From: Bacillota bacterium
GTDB lineage: Bacteria; Bacillota; Clostridia; Christensenellales; CAG-138
NCBI GenBank assembly: GCA_023435025.1
Contig: JAEYSE010000032.1
Coordinates: forward strand, 30,424-94,423
Length of the DNA stretch: 64,000 bases
Direction of reading: 5' to 3'
Notes under the pieces: model-generated
What the model was told of the DNA's origin: nothing
What the model saw: the letters and a program-made list of their open reading frames with translations, nothing else
Database searches by the model: none
Shown: positions 9,078-17,960 of the stretch, piece after piece
Layout: each line of letters starts with the position of its first letter
Position numbering within the stretch: position 1 is the stretch's first letter
Program-made: the position numbers and the translations under genes

Positions 9078-9815
9078 CTATACCTCCTTCATAACCCCAA
9101 GCGGGAAATACGGGATCATAGCGCTTTCCAGCCAATCCATGGACTCCGCTGGCGATTTCCCCCAGTTAGTGGGGCATGTGGACAAAACCTCCACCATGGA
9201 AAAGCCTTTGCCCGCCATCTGCGTTTCAAACGCCTTCCTTATGGCCTTTTTGGCGCGCAGGATATTGGCGGTGGAGTTAACTGCCACGCGCTCAATATAA
9301 GCGGCGCCGTCTATTGTTGCAAGCATTTCGGAGACGCGCAGCGGGTTTCCGCTGTGCCCCTGATCTCGCCCGTAGGGCGAAGTCGTGGTGCGCTGGCCCA
9401 ACAGCGTTGTAGGCGCCATTTGCCCGCCCGTCATGCCGTATATCGCGTTATTGATGAATATGGTGGTAATCTTTTCCCCGCGGTGCGCGGCGTGTACGAT
9501 TTCCCCCGCACCGATGGAGGCAAGGTCACCATCCCCTTGGTAAGTGAACACACAGCTATCCGGGCCTAGTACGCGTTTGATGCCGGTCGCCACGGCGGGG
9601 GCACGGCCATGGGCCGCTTCCTGCATATCGATATTAAAGTATTTGTACGCGAACACCGAACAGCCTACTGGCGCCACGCCTACGGCCTTCTCCTGCAGTT
9701 TCAGTTCTTCGATCGCTTCCGCGATCAGCCGGTGCACAATGCCGTGGCCGCAGCCCGGGCAATAATGCATTTCCGTATCCGTCAAAACGGGAGTCTTCTC
9801 AAATACGACAGCCAC
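9078..9815 (-). CDS. 2-oxoacid:ferredoxin oxidoreductase, beta (TPP-binding) subunit
   Basis: The 245-aa ORF has YCPGCGHG and GDGD...IFINNAIYGMTGGQ, a TPP-binding pattern. Confidence 0.88.
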   Translation of the reverse strand: MAVVFEKTPVLTDTEMHYCPGCGHGIVHRLIAEAIEELKLQEKAVGVAPVGCSVFAYKYFNIDMQEAAHGRAPAVATGIKRVLGPDSCVFTYQGDGDLASIGAGEIVHAAHRGEKITTIFINNAIYGMTGGQMAPTTLLGQRTTTSPYGRDQGHSGNPLRVSEMLATIDGAAYIERVAVNSTANILRAKKAIRKAFETQMAGKGFSMVEVLSTCPTNWGKSPAESMDWLESAMIPYFPLGVMKEV

Positions 9816-9817
9816 CG

Positions 9818-10888
9818 TTATACCCCCTCCGTTTGCAGTACTCTGTTCGCGACGTCCTCCGCGGTGGGAACGCGGCTACCAAGGTACGCAAGCATTTCAA
9901 CTTTCTTCTCTCCATTGACTGCCAGGCGGACGTCCTCCACCATCTGTCCCGCGCTCATCTCCACGCAGAACGCTTGCTTCACTGAAGCCTGGGAAACGGC
10001 GTCGTGCACGGCGGCGGACGGGAACGGCCAGAGCGTAATGGGCCGTACCAAGCCGACTTTAACGCCTTTTTTCGCAAGAAGCGCTATTGCGGATTTGCAG
10101 ATGCGCGCCACCGTACCGTAGGCACAGAGTATGTATTCTGCACCTTCAGTATTATAAAGCTCCACCTGCGCTTCGCGCTGCTCCACTTCCTTGTAGCGCG
10201 CCTGCAGGCGCAGGTTCATTTCCTCAAGCTCCTCCACCTCGATGTAGAGGGAATTGACGATTGCCCGCGGCCTTCCGCCTTCTGCTTGGCGGTAACCGGT
10301 CGTGGCCCAGCTTTTGTCATATTGTTTGGGCGCAACCGTATGGATTTCCACCGGCTCCATCATCTGGCCGATAATACCGTCCGCCAGCACCATGACCGGC
10401 ATGCGGTATTGATCCGCCACATCAAACGCCTGCTGCGTGACGTCTATGGCCTCCTGCACGGACGCGGGGGCGTAGACGATCATGCGGTAATCCCCATGGC
10501 CTCCGCCCTTTGTGGCCTGGAAGTAGTCGCCCTGAGAGGCCTGTATGGAGCCTAAGCCCGGGCCGCCGCGCATCATGTTGACGATCACGCACGGAAGCTC
10601 CGCGCCCGCGATGTAGGAAATGCCCTCCATCTTCAGGCTGATACCGGGGCTGGAGGACGAGGTCATAACCCGCGCGCCCGCCCCCGAAGCGCCATACACC
10701 ATATTGATGGCGGCCACTTCGCTTTCCGCCTGCAAAAAACACCCACCGTCCACCTGGGGCAGGCGCATGGACATATATTCCGGAATATCGTTCTGCGGTG
10801 TGATCGGGTACCCGAAAAAGAATTTGCAGCCCGCCTGTATGCCGGCCTCCGCGATCGCCTCGCAGCCCTTCATCAGCTTCTTTGCCAT
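9818..10888 (-). CDS. 2-oxoacid:ferredoxin oxidoreductase, alpha subunit
   Basis: I re-set the start to MAKKLMKGCEAIAEAG (ATG at 10888 after GGAGGAG). The longer track ORF would overlap the delta-subunit gene. Confidence 0.88.
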   Translation of the reverse strand: MAKKLMKGCEAIAEAGIQAGCKFFFGYPITPQNDIPEYMSMRLPQVDGGCFLQAESEVAAINMVYGASGAGARVMTSSSSPGISLKMEGISYIAGAELPCVIVNMMRGGPGLGSIQASQGDYFQATKGGGHGDYRMIVYAPASVQEAIDVTQQAFDVADQYRMPVMVLADGIIGQMMEPVEIHTVAPKQYDKSWATTGYRQAEGGRPRAIVNSLYIEVEELEEMNLRLQARYKEVEQREAQVELYNTEGAEYILCAYGTVARICKSAIALLAKKGVKVGLVRPITLWPFPSAAVHDAVSQASVKQAFCVEMSAGQMVEDVRLAVNGEKKVEMLAYLGSRVPTAEDVANRVLQTEGV

Positions 10889-10896
10889 AGCTCCTC

Positions 10897-11121
10897 CTAT
10901 TTCTCCACCCGGATGACAACATCGGGGCATGTGCGCGCGCAGGCCGCGCATGCGATGCAGGCCGTCATATCCGTTACTTCTGACGGATGGTAGCCCTTTT
11001 CATTGAGCCTGGTTGGAGAGAGCTGCATGATGTGCTTGGGACATGCGCGCACACATAACCCACAACCTTTGCAGCGCTCAAAATTGATTGTTACCTTCGC
11101 CATCCTGATCCTCGCTTTCAT
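10897..11121 (-). CDS. 2-oxoacid:ferredoxin oxidoreductase, delta subunit (2x[4Fe-4S] ferredoxin)
   Basis: The 74-aa ORF has CKGCGLCVRACP and CIACAACARTCP. Confidence 0.85.
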   Translation of the reverse strand: MKARIRMAKVTINFERCKGCGLCVRACPKHIMQLSPTRLNEKGYHPSEVTDMTACIACAACARTCPDVVIRVEK

Positions 11122-11150
11122 CGCGTTGGTCTATTCGTTCCCATGGCATG

Positions 11151-11867
11151 CTAAATGCCCAGTTGTGTAAACCGTTCCCAATCCCTGTGCATATACAATT
11201 CGATTTGCATGGGTTTCCCGATATATTGTAAAGATTTGCCCTGCTGTTCTGCCCAGCTTAGAAACCTTTCAAGATTGTGTTTTGTGCCTGTCGTATAGGC
11301 GACCGGTATTTTAGATGCTTCCGCAACCGCCCGTATGAGTTCATATCCAGCGGCCAAATGCTCGACCTGCGTTTCGGTAGATAGGTTGGCGTTGTTGATA
11401 AAGCCCGTGATTTTGATTCGTGCACGTGCCTCTAAGCGTTCCATCAGTTCCAACACCAGCTCGGGCGTTGCGGAGAATGGACGAAACGGATTGACCACCA
11501 TCAGGACTTCCAGCGCGCCTTCGGGCAATTGCTCAAACTTGCTCTTGTACTGCCCCAGCGCCGCTGCTCCGGAAGGGTCGCCGCCGGCGTCAACTACCAC
11601 GGTATCGTACTGGTCCGTAAATATGGAATAAACCTCCGGCGAAAGCGCAGGAACTTCCACGGTGGAGTACGCGAATACAGGATGAATGAGCTTCACGTTG
11701 GCGCTTGACAGCTCCTCCCTGCGCTCCGCTGAACGGAAATAAGGGTTGATGACGTCAAGATCCGCTAAAACCGTGCGTGAATGCAGCGCGGCGTTCACCG
11801 CGAAATTGATCGCAAGTTCCGTTTTCCCGCTGCCGAAATTGCCCAGCAATACATACACGCGCTTCAT
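11151..11867 (-). CDS. Uncharacterised P-loop NTPase (MinD/ParA-superfamily-like)
   Basis: The start is set at MKRVYVLLGNFGSGKTE, which is a Walker A motif. A Walker B-like VVVDAGGD follows. It lies upstream of the oxidoreductase cluster on the same strand. Confidence 0.6.
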   Translation of the reverse strand: MKRVYVLLGNFGSGKTELAINFAVNAALHSRTVLADLDVINPYFRSAERREELSSANVKLIHPVFAYSTVEVPALSPEVYSIFTDQYDTVVVDAGGDPSGAAALGQYKSKFEQLPEGALEVLMVVNPFRPFSATPELVLELMERLEARARIKITGFINNANLSTETQVEHLAAGYELIRAVAEASKIPVAYTTGTKHNLERFLSWAEQQGKSLQYIGKPMQIELYMHRDWERFTQLGI

Positions 11868-11981
11868 AAAGCAACCGCCTTTATATAGATAACTCCATGG
11901 TTGCATTATACGATAGTTTCCGTCTGTTTTGCTAGAAAGCACGCACAATATATAATCTATACGGGCGAGTAGCGGCTCATG

Positions 11982-13592
11982 TTATTGGGACGCCTTATAG
12001 CGGGAGGCGACGCGTTCGGCGGCGTGCATGCTGTCCACCGCAGCGCTGATGATGCCGCCCGCATAACCCGCGCCCTCCCCCACCGGGAACAGGTTGCGCG
12101 CGCCTTCCGCCTCCCCGAACAAGTCCCTGAGGATGCGCACAGGCGAGCTGGTACGACTCTCCACCGCCGTCAACACTGCGTCTGGCAGTCCATAGCCCGC
12201 AAGCTGGCGGGAAAACGCCGCTATTCCGTCCCGGACGCCCACGGCGATATAGGGTGGCAGCACCGTATCTAGTTGTGCGGCATGAACGCCGGGCCTGTAG
12301 GTAGGCGTCACTTCGCCAAACGACTTTGTTGCCCTCCCCTTCATAAAATCCTCAAGTCGCTGCGCGGGGGCAAAATACGCACCCGTTTTAAGCCCCACTT
12401 CGTAAGCCTTACGCTCAAGCTCACGCTGGAAGCGTACACCGTCCAACGCGCCCCTACCAAAGTCCTCCGGGCCAACCTGCACGATCACCGCTGCGTTGGC
12501 GTTTTTTCCATTCCGTGCGCGGTCGCTCATGCCGTTGACCACAACCTCCGCAGTACCGGACGCCGCGCCCACCACATATCCGCCGGGGCACATGCAGAAC
12601 GTATAGACGCCGCGCGCCCCGCTTTTTCCGGCTAGTCGGTATTCCGCAGCTCCCAGGCGCGGATGGCCCGCCAGCGCGCCGAACTGTGCTTTATTAATCA
12701 GCTCCTGTGGGTGCTCAATACGCACGCCCACCGCAAATGCCTTGGGCTGCAAAGTAAGGCCTCTGCTTAACAGCATCTCATATGTATCCCTTGCCGCCTG
12801 CCCGGTAGCAAGAATAAGCGCCGCACATTCAATGCGCTCCTTCTGCCCGCCTTCATGTAATGATATGGCTCGCAGTTCCCCGTTCTCCAGGTGAATATCC
12901 TCCAACCGGGCCCCAAAGCGAACCTCGCCGCCTAACGCAATGATTTCTTCGCGCATGTTCTTGACCACACGCCGCAGCAGGTCCGTTCCGATATGGGGTT
13001 TTGCCTGATATACGATATCGTCCGGCGCACCGAACTTTCTCAGCGTCTGAAGCGCCACATCCGCGCGCGCGTCCTTGATGCGCGTGGTCAGCTTGCCGTC
13101 CGAAAACGTGCCCGCGCCGCCTTCGCCGAACATGACATTGCTGTCTGGGTCGATCTGCCCTTCCGTCCAGAACCGTTTTACATCCGCCCCGCGCTTTTCA
13201 ATTTCCCGCCCGCGCTCCAAAACAAGTGGCCTGTACCCTTCCCGCGCCAGAAAATACGCCGCAAAAAGGCCCGCAGGCCCAAGGCCCGCCACTGCAATGC
13301 GCCCGCGCGGCTGCTCTGTCCCGCTTATAAGCGTATAGTTGGCGGGTGGCTCATAGGGTTTTATGCGTGAATCCGCTCGCTTTAACAGCCCGGCTTCCAC
13401 TGAAGGGTCCAGGGTCACCAAAGCGGATACCAGAAAGTGGATATCCTGCTTTTTGCGCGCATCCAGAGACTGGCGAACTAGCCGCACCGCCCGCACGCTT
13501 CCTGCCGGAATATGAAATTGCCCGGTGATGACGGCGGGAAGCTCCGCTTCGCCCTGAACCGGAACCTTGATATCAGTGATAAGCAGCGCCAT
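11982..13592 (-). CDS. FAD-dependent dehydrogenase (COG2509-like)
   Basis: The 536-aa ORF has the dinucleotide-binding motif IAVAGLGPAGLFAAYFLAREG. Confidence 0.75.
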   Translation of the reverse strand: MALLITDIKVPVQGEAELPAVITGQFHIPAGSVRAVRLVRQSLDARKKQDIHFLVSALVTLDPSVEAGLLKRADSRIKPYEPPANYTLISGTEQPRGRIAVAGLGPAGLFAAYFLAREGYRPLVLERGREIEKRGADVKRFWTEGQIDPDSNVMFGEGGAGTFSDGKLTTRIKDARADVALQTLRKFGAPDDIVYQAKPHIGTDLLRRVVKNMREEIIALGGEVRFGARLEDIHLENGELRAISLHEGGQKERIECAALILATGQAARDTYEMLLSRGLTLQPKAFAVGVRIEHPQELINKAQFGALAGHPRLGAAEYRLAGKSGARGVYTFCMCPGGYVVGAASGTAEVVVNGMSDRARNGKNANAAVIVQVGPEDFGRGALDGVRFQRELERKAYEVGLKTGAYFAPAQRLEDFMKGRATKSFGEVTPTYRPGVHAAQLDTVLPPYIAVGVRDGIAAFSRQLAGYGLPDAVLTAVESRTSSPVRILRDLFGEAEGARNLFPVGEGAGYAGGIISAAVDSMHAAERVASRYKASQ

Positions 13593-13676
13593 ATCTTGTC
13601 CTTTCCTACCCTTGGAAACTCTATTGTAATCTATTACCCGTTGCGCGGTTGCCTAAACCCAACGTATAAGGGCATG

Positions 13677-13703
13677 CAAAAGGCGCCCGCTTTCACGGCG
13701 CCT
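13677..13703 (-). terminator. Terminator after cdaR
   Basis: The stem is AGGCGCC / GGCGCCT, flanked by a T-run on the reverse strand. Confidence 0.65.
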
Positions 13704-13728
13704 TGTTTACGCTGTGTATCCGCCCGAG

Positions 13729-15024
13729 TCACTTCTTGGTAATATCCACGTGGATCAAAGCTACGCTAGACACGGAGGTGAGTTCCAGAGTGGTTTCATC
13801 GTTTTTGAGGTATACGCTCACATACATGTCGTACTGGCCTTCCTTCAAATCCTTTAGGTCCACATAAGCCTCAACGTCGTCCCGGTTCAAAAGATCCACA
13901 AGGCTGATGCGGCCCTGTACGCTGATATCCGTGGTATCTTTGCTCAGGGTAGCCTTTAATCCCCGGTCCAGCCCTCTTATTTCAATGGGTACCGCTTCAA
14001 AGTCCTTCTTGCTCGTCTTTTCACGGATATCCACAAAGACTTCTACCTCGGTGGTGCTGCCCAATATCAACGCGTTTTCCGGCACGACAATTGCGGATTT
14101 CTGGTGGATCGATTCGCGCCTTCCCGCCACATCCAGACCGGGGATCTTCAGGGAGGTGATGCTGTCAAGAACCGCCTGGTCTCCCGCGATATCAATCGTT
14201 GCGGGAGTCGCGGTAGCCGCAACAAGCTCATAGTTCGCAGGCAGATTGTCCGTGCCCAACAGCGACCCGATGATATCCACCGGCACCGTCTTCTTAGGGT
14301 AGACCGGCATTTTTACCGTGACGGAGGGAAGGTTCCCTAAAACAAAGCTTGAATCCATCTCGTTGCCATTCTCGTCCACCGGCACCACAGCCACAGCGTC
14401 GTTATAGCTCTGCTTGCGGTCCGTCAGCTGGATTTTGCAGATGGCCCGCGTCACGCGGTCCACATCCTGCTTGGGGCCTCTGATCTCCACGAAGGAGCTG
14501 CTCAATACCGCTTTGTCCGCCCAATAACCGTCTGGAATGGAGCCTTCATAAGACGGCTCTACCGGAACGTTCTTGGTGCTAAGCGTATCGATTTCCACCG
14601 TAATTTTTTCCGGGCTTTTGCTTTCCACGTTGGTATTCGCCGGGCGCCCGGAAATGTCGGCTTCGACCGGCAGTATCCATTGTCCTGTAGTGGTAACCCT
14701 GTTTAGGTTGACATATGCGCTGATTTGGTCCGCGTTCAAATCCATATAGTTTGTGATGGGCGTGCTCACGCGCACCGTCACGCCGCCAAGCTCCTCAAGC
14801 GGCTTCCCTCGCACCACAAGATTGCGGTTATTGAGATCGTATGTTCCTTCAAAGCTGATCGGAACATTTTCTATCACCTTAACGCGGTTGGGATTTTGTA
14901 CGGTGAGAACGACGCCCCAGAGCACAGTAGCAAACACCAAGCATATGATCTTGATGCTGACATTTTTCAGAAACAGATTTTTAAAAAATGTCCCGACCTT
15001 GCTGGGATCATTCTCTCTTTCCAT
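13729..15024 (-). CDS. cdaR: YbbR-domain protein (CdaR, regulator of diadenylate cyclase)
   Basis: The 431-aa ORF has an N-terminal TM segment and repeated YbbR-like beta-rich modules. It overlaps cdaA by 17 nt. Confidence 0.8.
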   Translation of the reverse strand: MERENDPSKVGTFFKNLFLKNVSIKIICLVFATVLWGVVLTVQNPNRVKVIENVPISFEGTYDLNNRNLVVRGKPLEELGGVTVRVSTPITNYMDLNADQISAYVNLNRVTTTGQWILPVEADISGRPANTNVESKSPEKITVEIDTLSTKNVPVEPSYEGSIPDGYWADKAVLSSSFVEIRGPKQDVDRVTRAICKIQLTDRKQSYNDAVAVVPVDENGNEMDSSFVLGNLPSVTVKMPVYPKKTVPVDIIGSLLGTDNLPANYELVAATATPATIDIAGDQAVLDSITSLKIPGLDVAGRRESIHQKSAIVVPENALILGSTTEVEVFVDIREKTSKKDFEAVPIEIRGLDRGLKATLSKDTTDISVQGRISLVDLLNRDDVEAYVDLKDLKEGQYDMYVSVYLKNDETTLELTSVSSVALIHVDITKK

Positions 15025-15856
15025 TCTTGTTCCTCCGCATGAGAGAAGAGAACGCGCTGCTGCGTTCCTTCAGATAGATGCCTTCCAGGAGGTCTTTGAG
15101 CGCCTTGGAGTCGATGTAGCGCATTAACTTGCCATCCTGCGCCACGGATATGATGCCCGTCTCCTCGGAAACAACGATCGTCACGCTATCCGACACGCCG
15201 GAAATGCCCAGCGCCGCCCTATGGCGCGTACCCAGTTCCCGGGCGATATCAACATCGTCCGAAAGCGGCAAAAAGCAGCCTGCGGCAAGTATGGTATCAT
15301 TCCTTACAATCACGGCTCCGTCATGCAGCGGCGTGTTGGGCTCGAATATGTTCTCTAGGAGAGGGCTTGAAATAACGCCCTCTATACGGGTCCCCGTCGC
15401 TATAATATCGCCAAGCGCAACGCTCTGTTCCATGACGATCAGCGCCCCTATGCGGCGGCGCGCCATGCTCATGACCGCTTTATGCAGTTCCCGCACAATT
15501 TCGTTAGGGCTGCTTGCAAACGCTGCAAATACGTTTTTATCGAATATGCTGCCGCGCCCGATGTGCTCAAACGCGCGCCGGATTTCCGGCTGGAACAGCA
15601 CCACGACCACGACGATACCGGCCTGCACGATGGATCCCAACAAAAAGCTCAGCGTATGTAGCGCCAATATCTGGCTGAGGAAATAAGCGCCGACTATGAA
15701 GCCAAAGCCTTTTAACACCTGATAGGCACGCGTCTTTTTCGTCCATACTATAAGTTTATATAATAGCAGTGTGATAAGGATGATATCGAGCGCGTCCCCA
15801 AACGAAAACTGGCCAAAGCCGCTGGCAATGGCGTTTACGATTTCGTCATAGGACAT
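15008..15856 (-). CDS. cdaA: Diadenylate cyclase CdaA
   Basis: The start is set at MSYDEIVNAI. It has three N-terminal TM helices and a DisA_N domain (GALIVMEQ..., PLHDGAVIV, LGTRHRAALGIS). Confidence 0.9.
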   Translation of the reverse strand: MSYDEIVNAIASGFGQFSFGDALDIILITLLLYKLIVWTKKTRAYQVLKGFGFIVGAYFLSQILALHTLSFLLGSIVQAGIVVVVVLFQPEIRRAFEHIGRGSIFDKNVFAAFASSPNEIVRELHKAVMSMARRRIGALIVMEQSVALGDIIATGTRIEGVISSPLLENIFEPNTPLHDGAVIVRNDTILAAGCFLPLSDDVDIARELGTRHRAALGISGVSDSVTIVVSEETGIISVAQDGKLMRYIDSKALKDLLEGIYLKERSSAFSSLMRRNKNGKRE

Positions 15857-16025
15857 AGCCACACCCCCCTCAGGCTGCTTGCGCTTACCGGCAAGTACCA
15901 ATCATGTGGCAAACCGCGCGCATATATTACCTGCTGTTATGCAAAATGCATGTGAACATTATACCGCATGTATTCCCTTTTTGAAAAGCCGTCATTCCTC
16001 TGAGGTTTCAATTTTAAAGATTCGT

Positions 16026-17102
16026 TCATGCTTCAGATGCGCTCTCATACGCGATGTGCAGCATGCAGACGTCGTCCTCATGGTTGACATACACCTGCTT
16101 TTCTAAGGTACTTAAGAGTTCCTCTCCGCCCTGCCGCTGCATACGGCGTTCCAGCTCCGCTTCAGTAAGGCGGCTGCTTCTATGGTCCAGCAGACCGTCC
16201 GTATACATCAAAAGTCTGGCCGAAGCGCCCAAATGAAGCGTGTGTTCCCGATACGTCGGCGTTTCCTCCCAGTTGCACAGGGGCAGAGAGGGAGAGTAAA
16301 GGTAGCTAAGCCCTTCCCCCGTTAACAGCAGCGGAATAGCGTTTAAACCCGCGTTGGCCCATGCGAGCGTGCCGGTTTTGGGGTCCAGCATTGCCACAAA
16401 CATGGCGACATACAATTGATCGTCCTGCAACATGGCTAAAAACGATTTGCGTGCGGCGTTAAGAAACTCGACGGGGTTATCCGCCTGCGTATTGCGCAGC
16501 ACATTCGCCAAAAGCAGCGTGATCATGGCCGCTGCCATCCCGTGGCCGGAAACGTCCGCCACATAAAAGCCGATACGGCCATCCTTTTGTTTTAAACACC
16601 CGAACATATCCCCGCCCAGGCTGCTTGCGGGTAAGTAGCGTGAGGAAACTGACACGCGGGGGTCCGGCTGCTCCTGTGTCAAAAACAGCTCGCGCTGCAT
16701 GCGCGCGGCCCAGTTCGCCTCGCGCAGCAGGCGTTTGTTCTGTGCACGCAATACGTCTCTCTGGCGGATTTGCTCCGTAACGTCGCGAAACACCTCCACC
16801 GTCCCCAGGGGGTTTCCCAAGGAGTCATAAAAAGGCGAGGCATTCACATGATATGTCCGCCCACGAAAGCGTTTGTTCTTTTCCTGGGTCTGTCCCGTTA
16901 GAATCGCCTTTTTCGAGATGCACGTCCTGCAGGTGCCCGTTACGCAGAACATCTCATTGCACGCACGGCCTTCCTGAAGCCCAAACTGTTCCGAATAGCT
17001 GCGGTTCACCAGAATAACGCGTTGCGATAAATCCAATACGCGCAGCATGTCCTGCATGGCGTCCACAATGCCCAGCAGCATCTCCGCGCTTGACAAAAAC
17101 AT
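16026..17102 (-). CDS. PAS-domain PP2C (SpoIIE/RsbU-type) serine phosphatase
   Basis: The N-terminus is PAS-like with a Cys cluster (CNEMFCVTGTCRTC). The C-terminus has PP2C motifs (GGDMF, ADVSGHG, YTDGL). Confidence 0.8.
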   Translation of the reverse strand: MFLSSAEMLLGIVDAMQDMLRVLDLSQRVILVNRSYSEQFGLQEGRACNEMFCVTGTCRTCISKKAILTGQTQEKNKRFRGRTYHVNASPFYDSLGNPLGTVEVFRDVTEQIRQRDVLRAQNKRLLREANWAARMQRELFLTQEQPDPRVSVSSRYLPASSLGGDMFGCLKQKDGRIGFYVADVSGHGMAAAMITLLLANVLRNTQADNPVEFLNAARKSFLAMLQDDQLYVAMFVAMLDPKTGTLAWANAGLNAIPLLLTGEGLSYLYSPSLPLCNWEETPTYREHTLHLGASARLLMYTDGLLDHRSSRLTEAELERRMQRQGGEELLSTLEKQVYVNHEDDVCMLHIAYESASEA

Positions 17103-17149
17103 TGCGTTCCTCCATCGAAAATCTAGTAAAAAGCGCCCTAAACGGATTC

Positions 17150-17353
17150 TTATTCATTCTCAATCAGGTGCTGCTGTGCGATCCTGATAAATTCTGTATT
17201 CGCCTTTTGGAGTTCTTCCCCCACAAGCGTTCCATGGGTCTCGTACTCCTCTAACGCGATAGCGTTCAGGCGGGCACGTTCCGTTTCTCCGATTTCGTCA
17301 AGTTCCGGAACTTCAACAGGCATGCCTTCTATGATATTAATCCGTCGTTTCAT
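17150..17353 (-). CDS. Small acidic hypothetical protein (67 aa from MKRRINIIEG)
   Basis: The ORF is preceded by AGGAGCG. I recognise no motif. Confidence 0.45.
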   Translation of the reverse strand: MKRRINIIEGMPVEVPELDEIGETERARLNAIALEEYETHGTLVGEELQKANTEFIRIAQQHLIENE

Positions 17354-17544
17354 TATACCACGCTCCTGCTGTTGCACTCAATAATAGGGACCGGACTGCT
17401 CACACTAAATATACCATAAATTTTGATGATTCTCGACAGTTTTCGACGATGCAGCTATGGATGATATTTCCTTCCATTCCTGAAACTCAAGGGGTATAAT
17501 TGCTTATATGAAAAAAGCATCTCATAGATGAAAGGGGGCGCAAT

Positions 17545-17766
17545 ATGCTCATACTTGATCGCTTCGAAGGAGACTATGCCGTCTGCGAGTGCGAGGACGG
17601 CACGCTGATATATATCGCACGACATTTGATTATCGAAAGCGTGCGAGAAGGAGATGTATTGGATTCGTGGGAAGACATGTTTGCGCCCAACAAGGCGCAA
17701 ACCGATAAATTAAAGGGCCGGGTCCGCAAAAAAATGGATTACCTGTTTTCACGGAATGCGGATTAA
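17545..17766 (+). CDS. DUF3006-like small protein
   Basis: MLILDRFEGDYAVCECEDG... fits the DUF3006 N-terminal pattern. The call is from memory of that family. Confidence 0.55.
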   Translation: MLILDRFEGDYAVCECEDGTLIYIARHLIIESVREGDVLDSWEDMFAPNKAQTDKLKGRVRKKMDYLFSRNAD

Positions 17767-17924
17767 ACCACGTAAATCAGAAGCAGCGCGCCCATTGCAA
17801 AGGATACCAGGGAGAGGAGCCATGCGCCAAAAGCGCCAAGTCTCTCCCCTTTTTTTCTGCAATGGATGATGTACGCGCCGCCATACAGCGCAGCAATCCC
17901 CTCCAATATGGCAAACAACGCCAT
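17763..17924 (-). CDS. Unannotated 53-aa two-helix membrane peptide (below the track's size cut-off)
   Basis: My translation is MALFAILEGIAALYGGAYIIHCRKKGERLGAFGAWLLSLVSFAMGALLLIYVV. GGAGGAAAGGAT precedes the ATG. Confidence 0.45.
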   Translation of the reverse strand: MALFAILEGIAALYGGAYIIHCRKKGERLGAFGAWLLSLVSFAMGALLLIYVV

Positions 17925-17960
17925 ATCCTTTCCTCCTCCTGTCCGCTCTAAGCTTTAAGC

